This document shows, one piece after another, positions 31,460-39,656 of a stretch of DNA of 64,000 nucleotides. Position numbers and translations under genes: made by a program. Under the pieces are notes generated by a model. That model did no database searches. It had not been told where the DNA came from and was given only the letters and a program-made list of their open reading frames with translations. Every line of letters starts with the position of its first letter. Position 1 is the first letter of the stretch. Source of the stretch: a virus; the IMG/VR virus record IMGVR_UViG_3300021963_000029, positions 32,001-96,000 of that record. One strand, 5' to 3'.

Positions 31460-33343
31460 TTAACTTCTTATCTTAGTTCCAGTGGGATAACTTGTTTCTG
31501 GGTCAAATCTGCTTCCTGAAGCATTTTCACCAGATGAGATTATATCTTTGATCATTGTAAACTTACTTTTACCTACATCCAACTTCAAATAAATTGATTT
31601 TTTAGCAATAACATCATTAGAGTATGGAGTTGCCTCTATCTCTACTATATTATTAGGCAAAGAAGTTTCTGATATAGTTATAGTATCTATATTGATTTCA
31701 CCAGTGATATAATCAACTGTGCCAATGTCTTGTTGTTCTGTTTTTTCTGTTTCTCCATCAATAGAAAATAGATACAACCTTCCAGTTTTTAAATCTGCAT
31801 TAGGAGTATCTGATAGATAAACCTCTTTTGTTAGTCCTCTAATTCTAAATCCAGTGCTTCTAATATTATACCCTGAAGGAGAAGCAAAAAATCTATTTTC
31901 ATAGCAAATTGTGTATTGGGTTGGTTCATTAATAATAACACCAACATTTCTTCTAATTAATACTTTTGTTATGTTGGAAGTGATAGAAGTATTTGTAGCA
32001 TCAATTAATCTAACTGACTTACTATACTTAAACCTCCCACCGAACTTGTTTAAATCTGTAGAGTCTGAATAAGTCTGCAGAGATTTAACTACTTGTGATT
32101 TTAGATCACTTACTGCACCAATAAAGTTTGAATTGTAGTAGATAGAAGATACTAGTTCTACATACAAAACATTAATGTCTACAAAGTTTGGTTGAATTCC
32201 TGCTATACTGTATTTTTTGAGAGAAGCAAGAATAAACTCTTTAGTTTGCTCTGACAAATAATCAGAATTTTTTGGTTTTGCTGCTATGAATACCTTACCA
32301 AACTGTGGTGGAGATAACTCTTCACCACCATATGCAGTTACTGACTCAATGTTTGGATAAATTGATGGTAATAATGCTTCATAATCTGCTGCTGTAACTG
32401 CTCTGTACTGGGTTGAGTACATTCTTGGAGCATAATACCTAATAGACTCTATTGATTGAATATCATCACCATTATTTGCTGCTTCTGTGGTAATAACAAC
32501 CCCAACACTAGATCCTAGATTGGACCCAGTATCAGATAAAACTGTACCAGAAAATACAAAATCAGAGGCACCATTGCCCTGCTTACCATTAGTTGTGATA
32601 TATGATACTAAAACTTGATTATTGTTGACTAATTTTTTACCAAAGATTCCATCTCCAAAGAAAATTTCATATTTCTCATCTGAGATTTCTTGCACTAAAA
32701 AGATTCTTGAGTTTGTATCAATGTTCAAAATATTATCAACAGGAACAAACTCTTGAGTTGTTGTTGACTGTATAGTATCTTTTACATTCACTCTAATTGT
32801 AGAAGTGTCTATAAATGGGTTTGGTAAGATATACTTTTGGTTTGGTTGAGAAGTATCAACTATAAACTCTTTGGTGAGTAGAGTACCCTCATAGATGTTA
32901 ACATCAAGGAATACTGCTTCTCCTTGACTAACACCAACTGTGATGTCTTCTGGGATTGAAAAAATATAACTTGTGTTATCTAAGTTACCAGTGCAAACAA
33001 TTCCTTTCTTTAAGGTTGCTGTTTTTACTGTTGAATTGATTCCAGTGATGTTAAAAGATATTTTTGCTGTTGCTGCTCTTCTTGATAGTGGAACATACCC
33101 TACATTCCTTGCTAAGGATACTACGTTCTCCCTTAAGGTGGCACTATCAATAAATGACTCATTAACCACCATGTTGGTGTTAAATGCAGTCAGGTAGGTA
33201 TTATAAGCAAGTACATCAATTAAGATTGAAAAGTTAGAACCTTCAAAATCAAAGTCAGTGAAGTTAGAGTTTGATCTTAAGTAATCTTTAATAGATGTTC
33301 TAATCTGATCAAAGTCTAGATTAGTGAATTGAGTAAATGCCAT
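31460..33343 (-). CDS. gp6: Baseplate wedge subunit (gp6-like)
   Basis: FTNLDFDQIR.SIKDYLRSNS.FTDFDFEGSN...LAYNTY; RAVTA.DY. Confidence 0.96.
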   Translation of the reverse strand: MAFTQFTNLDFDQIRTSIKDYLRSNSNFTDFDFEGSNFSILIDVLAYNTYLTAFNTNMVVNESFIDSATLRENVVSLARNVGYVPLSRRAATAKISFNITGINSTVKTATLKKGIVCTGNLDNTSYIFSIPEDITVGVSQGEAVFLDVNIYEGTLLTKEFIVDTSQPNQKYILPNPFIDTSTIRVNVKDTIQSTTTQEFVPVDNILNIDTNSRIFLVQEISDEKYEIFFGDGIFGKKLVNNNQVLVSYITTNGKQGNGASDFVFSGTVLSDTGSNLGSSVGVVITTEAANNGDDIQSIESIRYYAPRMYSTQYRAVTAADYEALLPSIYPNIESVTAYGGEELSPPQFGKVFIAAKPKNSDYLSEQTKEFILASLKKYSIAGIQPNFVDINVLYVELVSSIYYNSNFIGAVSDLKSQVVKSLQTYSDSTDLNKFGGRFKYSKSVRLIDATNTSITSNITKVLIRRNVGVIINEPTQYTICYENRFFASPSGYNIRSTGFRIRGLTKEVYLSDTPNADLKTGRLYLFSIDGETEKTEQQDIGTVDYITGEINIDTITISETSLPNNIVEIEATPYSNDVIAKKSIYLKLDVGKSKFTMIKDIISSGENASGSRFDPETSYPTGTKIRS

Positions 33344-33747
33344 TAGTATCTGGTTGGTTGTAATATGAATGTAACTAATTGTTGGGGAGCACTCAATCCA
33401 ACAATATCATAAATGATACTTACATCCATGGCATTATCATCTGGGAAAAGAGAAACTTCTACGTTTCTCAATCTAACTCTAGGTTCAAAGTTATTGATAA
33501 CTGTTTTGATTTCATCCTTTATGGGTTCTTCAACGCCAATGTCAGCAAGTTCAAAGAAATAATTTTCAACCTTAGAACCTAAAAGAGGATTAAAGAATCT
33601 CTCACCAACTCTAGTTCTCACTAGATTGATAACTGCCCTTTTAATAGCATCCTCGTTTGTTAATGAAATAATATCATTAGTAACTGGATTTCTCTTAAAA
33701 GACAGACTGATATCTTTAAATCCTCTTGAAACAGATTCTAAAGGCAC
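33343..33747 (-). CDS. gp25: Baseplate wedge subunit (gp25-like)
   Basis: FKDISLSF..NPVT.D; AIKRAV.NLV.T..GERFF; NFEPRV. Confidence 0.95.
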   Translation of the reverse strand: MPLESVSRGFKDISLSFKRNPVTNDIISLTNEDAIKRAVINLVRTRVGERFFNPLLGSKVENYFFELADIGVEEPIKDEIKTVINNFEPRVRLRNVEVSLFPDDNAMDVSIIYDIVGLSAPQQLVTFILQPTRY

Positions 33748-33772
33748 TTTTAGATCTAATATTTACTTGTAT

Positions 33773-34009
33773 TTATTGTGGTTTTCCATAAATTGGTTCA
33801 GTGCCATACTCCCAATCATCATAATCTTCATCATTTCTAATTCTTTCATGCATTTCTGCTTGTTCTTTTAGATGATGGTCAATATGAACCTCTTCATGAG
33901 CAATTTCTTTAAGAATTTTTTGAGGTTGACCATAATCTGTCACTAATTTTGTGGTTCCCCACATCTGATGCATGTAATTTGGGTCTCTATCTACTGGTAA
34001 ATTTGCCAT
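33773..34009 (-). CDS. Conserved cyanophage hypothetical protein
   Basis: MWGT.KLVTDY...DYDDWEYGTEP.YG. Confidence 0.7.
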   Translation of the reverse strand: MANLPVDRDPNYMHQMWGTTKLVTDYGQPQKILKEIAHEEVHIDHHLKEQAEMHERIRNDEDYDDWEYGTEPIYGKPQ

Positions 34010-34039
34010 TTTTCCTAATTCTAAGTGAATTAGAACTTT

Positions 34040-34258
34040 TTACGGGGTTTCTATCCCGAAATTAGCAATATTTTCTCTATGAAAAGTTGAATTTTTTTGT
34101 ATTCTAATGTCGCAGTTCCTAAAAGTCCAACAGTACCCACCATTATCTAGGAAAACAACCCACTCAAGGTCATGTTCCTGTGATCTATCGATCAAAAAAA
34201 ATGCCCAGCCTGATCCTTTTGGGGTCAGAACTGGGATTTGTGGGTCAAGTTGGAGCAT
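34040..34258 (-). CDS. Hypothetical protein
   Basis: MLQLDPQIPVLTPKG.GWA; ATG at 34258 overlaps the upstream TGA. Confidence 0.7.
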   Translation of the reverse strand: MLQLDPQIPVLTPKGSGWAFFLIDRSQEHDLEWVVFLDNGGYCWTFRNCDIRIQKNSTFHRENIANFGIETP

Positions 34259-34401
34259 CAATGCCCTTGACCTCTGTAACGCTTCTTCCTGCCATTACGA
34301 GAGGTGGCAGAGAGGTTAGTATGCTGAGAACAACCCTGACGAGTCTTCTTGGGTTTGTGCTCAATGACAACTTTGTTTGTCAGTGAAGGACGCTTTGCCA
34401 T
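34258..34401 (-). CDS. Small basic hypothetical protein (47 aa)
   Basis: Manual translation MAKRPSLTNKVVIEHKPKKTRQGCSQHTNLSATSRNGRKKRYRGQGH; SD-like CAGGAG upstream. Confidence 0.7.
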   Translation of the reverse strand: MAKRPSLTNKVVIEHKPKKTRQGCSQHTNLSATSRNGRKKRYRGQGH

Positions 34402-34403
34402 AA

Positions 34404-34568
34404 TTAAATCTCCTGTGTTCTTTCAAATTCTACCACAATATCCTCTGGATGGGGAGCCCCTGTCTCATAAAATTGTTGAGACAGGTCATCCATTACATCA
34501 AACATCTCTTCTTCAGAAAGATCTTTATAGATCGCTCTTCCATTGCAAAGGATGCTGTACTTATCCAT
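34404..34568 (-). CDS. Small acidic hypothetical protein (54 aa)
   Basis: Manual translation MDKYSILCNGRAIYKDLSEEEMFDVMDDLSQQFYETGAPHPEDIVVEFERTQEI; overlaps the stop of the upstream gene. Confidence 0.7.
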   Translation of the reverse strand: MDKYSILCNGRAIYKDLSEEEMFDVMDDLSQQFYETGAPHPEDIVVEFERTQEI

Positions 34569-35320
34569 CAGATAATCCTAGTCTTCTCGTGACCAACTCT
34601 AATTTGTGGATGACACCAAATGTCAAAACCACACTTTCTCTTAGCATCAAGACAGAATGAAACATCCTCTCCACACATGTCCTGAACCTCTCCAGAGTCA
34701 AAGACCTGCATTTGTGGAGCAAACCATGGATACTTCATTTCGGGGTGCTCAAAGACTCCCTTCTTGATGATAACCCAACCAAATCCAGTATAGTCTACAG
34801 TAAATGGTTTCTTTCTGTTGACAATGGTATCAACCATTTCATGATTCATGACTCCACCATTATTCTTGAAGTCATCTTCATCCAACCAATGTGCTACTGA
34901 AGTGGTTCTACCATCCTCTGTAGCATACCATCCACAGGCAATGTCCTTGTCCATGTCAAAGATTGCCCAGAAGGCATCTGTGTTGAATACAATGTCACTA
35001 TCAATCCAGAGTTGATAGTCATAATTTAGTTTACCTTGCCAGGGTTCTTGATCTGGTCCTGCAAGTACATTTGCCCCTAGGCATTTGCATCTTGCAAAGT
35101 TAACCATGGAAGAATAGTCTTGGGAGATCTGAATACTTGCTCCTGCCTGTACTAGATCAAAGCACAGTTGGACAAAGTTCTTCAGGAATGTATAGGATAC
35201 TCCTCTTCCTGGCAAACAAAATACAATAGTCTTTCCTCTAATCCTTTCTCTACACCTTTCAATATCAAAAAGTGGTTGTTGCTCTGGTTCTTTTGCTTTT
35301 ACAGTAAATCCTTTTGCCAT
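34568..35320 (-). CDS. Glycosyltransferase-like protein (GT-A fold), conserved in cyanomyoviruses
   Basis: IVFCLPG; NFARCKCLG; LWIDSDIVF (DxD); DYTGFGW..IKKGVFE; GEDVSFC; RVGHEK. Confidence 0.75.
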   Translation of the reverse strand: MAKGFTVKAKEPEQQPLFDIERCRERIRGKTIVFCLPGRGVSYTFLKNFVQLCFDLVQAGASIQISQDYSSMVNFARCKCLGANVLAGPDQEPWQGKLNYDYQLWIDSDIVFNTDAFWAIFDMDKDIACGWYATEDGRTTSVAHWLDEDDFKNNGGVMNHEMVDTIVNRKKPFTVDYTGFGWVIIKKGVFEHPEMKYPWFAPQMQVFDSGEVQDMCGEDVSFCLDAKRKCGFDIWCHPQIRVGHEKTRII

Positions 35321-35361
35321 AAAATTTTATTCAAGTTGCGATGACGTACGTATCAACTCAA

Positions 35362-35390
35362 ATGATACTGCACTATTTATTTTAAGTCAA
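35362..35390 (-). promoter_or_regulatory. Nested sigma70-type (TTGACT-17-TATCAT) and late (AATAAATA, 35374-35381) promoters
   Basis: Both motifs read directly upstream of the GT-like gene. Confidence 0.65.
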
Positions 35391-35556
35391 TCCACTTGTT
35401 TCCAAGCAGATACCAATTCATAACTCTATGGAGGAAAAACGGTTTTTTCTTCTTCCACAAACAAAATAATCCTGGATCTTCTGGATCATAATTAATGCTC
35501 CAGTGTCCTACATATCCTGATTCTCTCTGAGAATTATAAAAATCTCCATCATTCAT
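35377..35556 (-). CDS. Hypothetical protein (59 aa)
   Basis: Manual translation MNDGDFYNSQRESGYVGHWSINY...NKWIDLK; coupled to the upstream ORF. Confidence 0.5.
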   Translation of the reverse strand: MNDGDFYNSQRESGYVGHWSINYDPEDPGLFCLWKKKKPFFLHRVMNWYLLGNKWIDLK

Positions 35557-35887
35557 TGTTCTCTACATCCTCCATAAGTTCATCATAAGCTTCATTTAAA
35601 AATTTATCTATGTCATCTATTGGTACAGTCTTAACTTTACCAGTCCTAACATCTTCTGCCATTTGCATTAGATTTTCAAGGAATGCTTTAGGAAGAGTAT
35701 CATCTTCTCCTAGTTGTGACCAAAACCAATTATAACATTCTTCATAAGGATCATCATAGAACATGAGAGCATAATCCTTATAGTTGCCAGTCATCAAATC
35801 ACCCCAGATCCTAAAGGTTCCACGAATGTTTTGCCAACCAGTCATCCAACAGTGACCAATCCAATACTCAAACCAGTTCATTTTCAT
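35549..35887 (-). CDS. Hypothetical protein
   Basis: ORF track; acidic, Trp-rich. Confidence 0.65.
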   Translation of the reverse strand: MKMNWFEYWIGHCWMTGWQNIRGTFRIWGDLMTGNYKDYALMFYDDPYEECYNWFWSQLGEDDTLPKAFLENLMQMAEDVRTGKVKTVPIDDIDKFLNEAYDELMEDVENNE

Positions 35888-35906
35888 ATGATAGAGAGAT
35901 ACGGCG

Positions 35907-36056
35907 CTAGAACTTCTTTTTATAATTATACTCTAAGGTAATCTTTCTACTCTCATTGTACTTATCTGCAACATAAGAGAATGTACAGTCTGCCCCAAAA
36001 TGATTGGCAAGCACCTGAATAATTTCTTGGAATAATTTCTGATTGTCTTCTGTCAT
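35907..36056 (-). CDS. Hypothetical protein (49 aa)
   Basis: MTEDNQKLFQEIIQVLANHFG...; overlaps the upstream stop. Confidence 0.5.
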   Translation of the reverse strand: MTEDNQKLFQEIIQVLANHFGADCTFSYVADKYNESRKITLEYNYKKKF

Positions 36057-36250
36057 TTAAACCCCTTTGTTTTTTTCTGAGGTGGATCAATTACTTCAAT
36101 GTGACTCAACATGTTCCCTGGTGTGCCCCACCAAGTCCTCTGAGCATCTTCATAGTTATCAAAGACCACTGACTCACCATTGAATGCTACTACCTTGTAG
36201 AAGTGCCTCAAATAGGGGTCAGAGGATGTTTGAGTAAATGTACTAGTCAT
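36053..36250 (-). CDS. Hypothetical protein
   Basis: MTSTFTQTSSDPYLRHFYKVV...; start moved to the ATG at 36250. Confidence 0.65.
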   Translation of the reverse strand: MTSTFTQTSSDPYLRHFYKVVAFNGESVVFDNYEDAQRTWWGTPGNMLSHIEVIDPPQKKTKGFK

Positions 36251-36401
36251 CACAATCATTCACAATTAAAAACTCCTTTACCTGAAAATCAGTAGAAAAC
36301 CCTGCACTAATCATCTGGGATATACCAGTGAGTGTCTTCTCACATTCCGAGAGACTACCTTCACAAAACACCCTGTCTCTTGCAATCAACTTGTAGACCA
36401 T
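36243..36401 (-). CDS. Hypothetical protein (52 aa)
   Basis: MVYKLIARDRVFCEGSLSECEKTL...; overlaps the next start. Confidence 0.55.
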   Translation of the reverse strand: MVYKLIARDRVFCEGSLSECEKTLTGISQMISAGFSTDFQVKEFLIVNDCDD

Positions 36402-36757
36402 TTTTACCCTGGGAAAATTTTTTTCTTATAATGGGACCCAAGTATATTTAATCCCTCCCACAGGCAAATTCCAATATAACTGAATTCATCCAAGGGGCTG
36501 GTCTCTGTCCCATACACATTCCTATAGAGCAACCTTACAGGACTTTTTTGACCCCAGAAAATTTTTTTAATCACTTGAAATAAAGCTCTTGTTTTCAAAG
36601 TTTTGTAGGTTAGGGTAGTTTGGATTTTTCGCATTACCCCACAAGGGGTAACATAATAACACAAAACACCTGCTAATTCACTATAACATACCCACTGCAT
36701 TTTGTCAACCCCTGTATTCACTGAGACCCACACATCTCATCACTGTTTTACATTGTG

Positions 36758-37055
36758 TTTTCCACATGTTTTCCACAATTATTCACAAGTTTTCCACAGG
36801 TATCTTATACTGAGTTTCACTGAGATTGTGTCACTCACTGGGATCTCACTGATTTACACTTAAGACCTGTGGAAAACTATCACTGTCAAGGGGCAATGTG
36901 CCAGTTCTGAGTGTTCCTGGGGGGTGTTGACATTTCTGAGGGTTTGTGATACAATGGGGGCCAAGATCACTAGACTCAGAGACATTTACTGACAATACAC
37001 TGAATTATACATAGTTTTCCACATTTTCCACAAAATAACACAAACCTGTGGAAAA
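36758..37055. repeat. Cluster of eight DnaA-box-like 9-mers (TTWTNCACA) in a non-coding region; candidate origin
   Basis: TTTTCCACA at 36758, 36769, 36790, 37015, 37024; TTATTCACA at 36779; inverted TGTGGAAAA at 36868 and 37047. Confidence 0.75.
36927..36955 (+). promoter_or_regulatory. Rightward sigma70 promoter TTGACA-17-TACAAT with extended -10 TG
   Basis: Near-consensus; TGTGCCA half-box at 36897; no downstream plus-strand ORF. Confidence 0.65.
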
Positions 37056-37121
37056 CTCAACTACATTTATTTTGACATTTATTTGATTTCCCTAACATTG
37101 TGCGGAATGAACATTTAGGGG

Positions 37122-37325
37122 TTAAATGTCTTTCAGCACATGCCTATAATCAATGGATTTGATACACCAACCTGATGCACATGTGATCTCTTCAACTAGA
37201 TCTTCATCATCATCTGCTTCATAGATTTCCCCAACATAGAGAGAGGTTAGATGATCTTTATCAAATGGAGTTAGTGTATCATCCCCATCAAAATCAAACT
37301 CAATGTATGTAATTTGGAATTGCAT
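37122..37325 (-). CDS. Early hypothetical protein
   Basis: ORF track; acidic; in a tightly packed operon. Confidence 0.65.
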   Translation of the reverse strand: MQFQITYIEFDFDGDDTLTPFDKDHLTSLYVGEIYEADDDEDLVEEITCASGWCIKSIDYRHVLKDI

Positions 37326-37326
37326 T

Positions 37327-37518
37327 TTATGCTTCTTGGATTAACTCAGGATAGTATTCTTCAATCTCACTTAGCAGTTCTTCATCACTATACATAGAGA
37401 GATTTTCTTCAAGTTGATCACCTACCAATCTCATCAGATCTTTGGTGCTCATGCTATCAATAATGCGATCAACATAAGATGAAACAAGTTGATCACGATT
37501 GGGGATTGGAATTGTCAT
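37327..37518 (-). CDS. Early hypothetical protein
   Basis: ORF track; acidic, helical. Confidence 0.65.
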   Translation of the reverse strand: MTIPIPNRDQLVSSYVDRIIDSMSTKDLMRLVGDQLEENLSMYSDEELLSEIEEYYPELIQEA

Positions 37519-37643
37519 TTAGTTTGTTGGAGTTTGTTAATTGCAGTGGTGATAGATGTGGTCAGCATGATACAAACATCTTGATCACAGACAGCATACA
37601 CAGGTTGCTTAGTGTTGATGTCAAAAGTGTACTTAATGGTCAT
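37515..37643 (-). CDS. Early hypothetical protein (42 aa)
   Basis: MTIKYTFDINTKQPVYAVCD...; ATGA overlap with the next gene. Confidence 0.55.
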   Translation of the reverse strand: MTIKYTFDINTKQPVYAVCDQDVCIMLTTSITTAINKLQQTK

Positions 37644-37648
37644 TTGAG

Positions 37649-37852
37649 TTAATTATACCAGTGTGCTAATTGTGCAATTTCAGAAGCAACCTCACAGAGA
37701 TTATCTTCTGTCAAAAAGTTTAGATGATGTTGGATGTCTTCATCAGGAACATAGAACAAATCACCATTGATTTCTTGTGCCATTTGATCAGCAAGATTGA
37801 GGCACTTATCTACAAGATTATTCAACTCAATTCTCCTCACTGTGGAAGTCAA
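37649..37852 (-). CDS. Early hypothetical protein
   Basis: ORF track. Confidence 0.6.
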   Translation of the reverse strand: MTSTVRRIELNNLVDKCLNLADQMAQEINGDLFYVPDEDIQHHLNFLTEDNLCEVASEIAQLAHWYN

Positions 37853-38114
37853 TCATCATCTCATTGATCTCATCATGGTTGATCAATTCATGATTCCAGG
37901 CAACACCATCATTGGTGGTCATTCTATCACAATTCTCCATGCACCTGATGAACTTATCATAGGGCATTTCATCATCATTTCTAAACTCTACACATGCAAC
38001 AGCAGTGTTATACAGAAACTGGTTGTTTTGCATCCACAGAGCAACATTCCAGGTTTCATAATTTGCCCAACCATTGTAAGTTTCTTGGGGCATTGCAGTG
38101 GTTTGATTTTTCAT
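37827..38114 (-). CDS. Early hypothetical protein (YNGWANYETWNVALW family), leaderless
   Basis: Start reassigned to MKNQ at 38114, 6 nt downstream of the TATCAT -10. Confidence 0.75.
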   Translation of the reverse strand: MKNQTTAMPQETYNGWANYETWNVALWMQNNQFLYNTAVACVEFRNDDEMPYDKFIRCMENCDRMTTNDGVAWNHELINHDEINEMMIDFHSEEN

Positions 38115-38180
38115 ACATGTATGATAGCACAAAAAACCAGGAAAGTCAATAGGGGTTGTGCCAGTTCTTCAACTGGCACA
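38112..38180 (-). promoter_or_regulatory. Early promoter cassette: TGTGCCAGTT-N4-AACTGGCACA box, TTGACT-17-TATCAT, leaderless ATG
   Basis: Box 38157-38180, -35 38144-38149, -10 38121-38126. Confidence 0.85.
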
Positions 38181-38196
38181 TGATGTCATTTAGTGG

Positions 38197-38376
38197 TCAA
38201 AAATCAAAGTCATCAGCATAATCATTGTCCATGATGTAGGCATCATCAGGCACAGGAACTTGATCCTCTTGAGTATCTACAACTGCATCCAATACAGTGA
38301 GAAGATCCTCACCAGTTTGTGCTTTGGAGAGCATAACCATGGCAGCAGTTTTAGGCAGGTTCAGAGTAGCAGTCAT
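38197..38376 (-). CDS. Early acidic micro-protein (paralog of 43572-43724)
   Basis: MTATLNLPKTAAMVMLSKAQTGEDLLTVLDAVV... Confidence 0.6.
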   Translation of the reverse strand: MTATLNLPKTAAMVMLSKAQTGEDLLTVLDAVVDTQEDQVPVPDDAYIMDNDYADDFDF

Positions 38377-38419
38377 GAGTGAAATTAAAGGGTTGAAAGT
38401 GTAAAGAAAGAAGGGTTAA

Positions 38420-38860
38420 TCAAAAGTTTTTGGTGAACACAAAACCATCATTGAAGGCAAAATCATAATACAAATTGCGTTCCCATGTGGCAGTCCAATC
38501 AATCACAACAGGCACATCATCCAGGTTGGTGATGTAATGCTCACTGACATATTGCTCAGCAAATTGTTCCTCACTGTCATACTCTCCAAAGTATGCATCA
38601 CAGAAGTTTGCAATGGCATCAATACCAAACTCATCTACAAAAGCATCCACTGCTTCATAAGAATACTCCTCACCATACTTCACATAATCTTCATAATAGG
38701 CAAGGAAGTTATCATTACCATAGACCTGAATGAACTCAATCATGTCACCTTCATAGAAGTTTTCTTCCTTGAGTTCATTGATCTTTTCTTGCACATCATC
38801 AGAGATGGTGATGATAATGTTGGTCATTTCAGTGGTTTGGTTGGTGTTTTGATTTTTCAT
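38420..38860 (-). CDS. ArdA-like acidic antirestriction (DNA-mimic) protein, leaderless early gene
   Basis: Very Asp/Glu-rich; C-terminal YFGEYDSEEQFAEQY...IDWTATWERNL..DF..NDGFVF resembles the ArdA C-terminal domain. Confidence 0.6.
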   Translation of the reverse strand: MKNQNTNQTTEMTNIIITISDDVQEKINELKEENFYEGDMIEFIQVYGNDNFLAYYEDYVKYGEEYSYEAVDAFVDEFGIDAIANFCDAYFGEYDSEEQFAEQYVSEHYITNLDDVPVVIDWTATWERNLYYDFAFNDGFVFTKNF

Positions 38861-38926
38861 ACATGTATGATAGCACAGATTCCTTGAAAAATCAAGGGGT
38901 CTTGTGCCACTTTGTCAACTGGCACA
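38858..38926 (-). promoter_or_regulatory. Early promoter cassette (box, TTGATT-17-TATCAT, leaderless)
   Basis: Box 38903-38926, -35 38890-38895, -10 38867-38872. Confidence 0.85.
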
Positions 38927-39121
38927 GTCAACCTCAGTGATATATTGCTTCAGTGCTTCAATGTCATTTAGAACCATTTTTAGAGCAGATCTAGCATAAC
39001 CAGCAGCATAAGGATAACTCTTCTCATTGTCACTTACTGCCATCTCTGATTCAGAGATTGCCTTCTCACATGTGATAATGATTTTATTCAATTTAGACTC
39101 TACAATTTCATTCATTAACAT
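38915..39121 (-). CDS. Early hypothetical protein
   Basis: ORF track; YPYAAGYARSAL motif. Confidence 0.65.
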   Translation of the reverse strand: MLMNEIVESKLNKIIITCEKAISESEMAVSDNEKSYPYAAGYARSALKMVLNDIEALKQYITEVDCAS

Positions 39122-39387
39122 GCACCATAGAAAGGATTACCAAGTTGAGGCAGGTTAGTGTTATCTTTGACAAACACATAACCATATGCCAACCTCTCAC
39201 GAATAGCAAGTGCTTTCTCTACTCTGTTGAGGTACTTTTTAGACATAGTTTCAATGCCTTTCCATTCTAATACCTGCAAACACCATTCTTTTGATACATC
39301 ACCAAATGGAGTTTTTACAGGGTAAAATGACACAATCATTGTGCCATCTTTGGATTGAATTGTGGGGAAGTCAGTTGTCATAATCAA
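39115..39387 (-). CDS. Early hypothetical protein
   Basis: ORF track; coupled to neighbours. Confidence 0.65.
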   Translation of the reverse strand: MIMTTDFPTIQSKDGTMIVSFYPVKTPFGDVSKEWCLQVLEWKGIETMSKKYLNRVEKALAIRERLAYGYVFVKDNTNLPQLGNPFYGAC

Positions 39388-39590
39388 GCAGCAATAGCAG
39401 AGTACATGTTGATGGATTTGATTTCCATCAAAACATAATCATAATTCCAATTATGTTGCAAATCTTTTTTATATTGTTCAGCAGCAGATTTGCAGTCAAA
39501 CAGTTGCAGAGATTTGAAATCTTCACCCTCATAATCATGTCCACCAATGACAGAATACACTTGGGGTTGGTTGTTCATTTGTTTTTCCAT
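39384..39590 (-). CDS. Early hypothetical protein, leaderless
   Basis: VYSVIGGHDYEGEDF.SLQLFDC. Confidence 0.7.
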   Translation of the reverse strand: MEKQMNNQPQVYSVIGGHDYEGEDFKSLQLFDCKSAAEQYKKDLQHNWNYDYVLMEIKSINMYSAIAA

Positions 39591-39656
39591 ACATGTATGG
39601 TAGCACAGAATCCCTAGAAAGTCAATGGAGTCTGTGCCACTTCATCAACTGGCACA
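39588..39656 (-). promoter_or_regulatory. Early promoter cassette (box, TTGACT-17-TACCAT, leaderless)
   Basis: Box 39633-39656, -35 39620-39625, -10 39597-39602. Confidence 0.85.

Noticed and set aside
36404-36733. 109-aa minus-strand ORF at the edge of the candidate origin
   Set aside because: It has a GTG start inside the repeat region, no SD and no recognisable motif. A shorter real ORF cannot be excluded, but it is not supportable here.
36758-37055. CRISPR-array or mobile-element interpretation of the repeats
   Set aside because: The repeats are 9-mers with short irregular spacing in both orientations; there are no 25-45-nt spacers and no cas operon. The exonuclease at 41354 is a solitary phage PD-(D/E)XK protein.
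38157-38180. Reading the TGTGCCA-N10-TGGCACA box as a CRP or NtcA site, or as a Rho-independent terminator
   Set aside because: Spacing does not fit TGTGA-N6-TCACA or GTA-N8-TAC. Most copies are imperfect as RNA stems and lack a U-tract, while the distance to the -10 is fixed.
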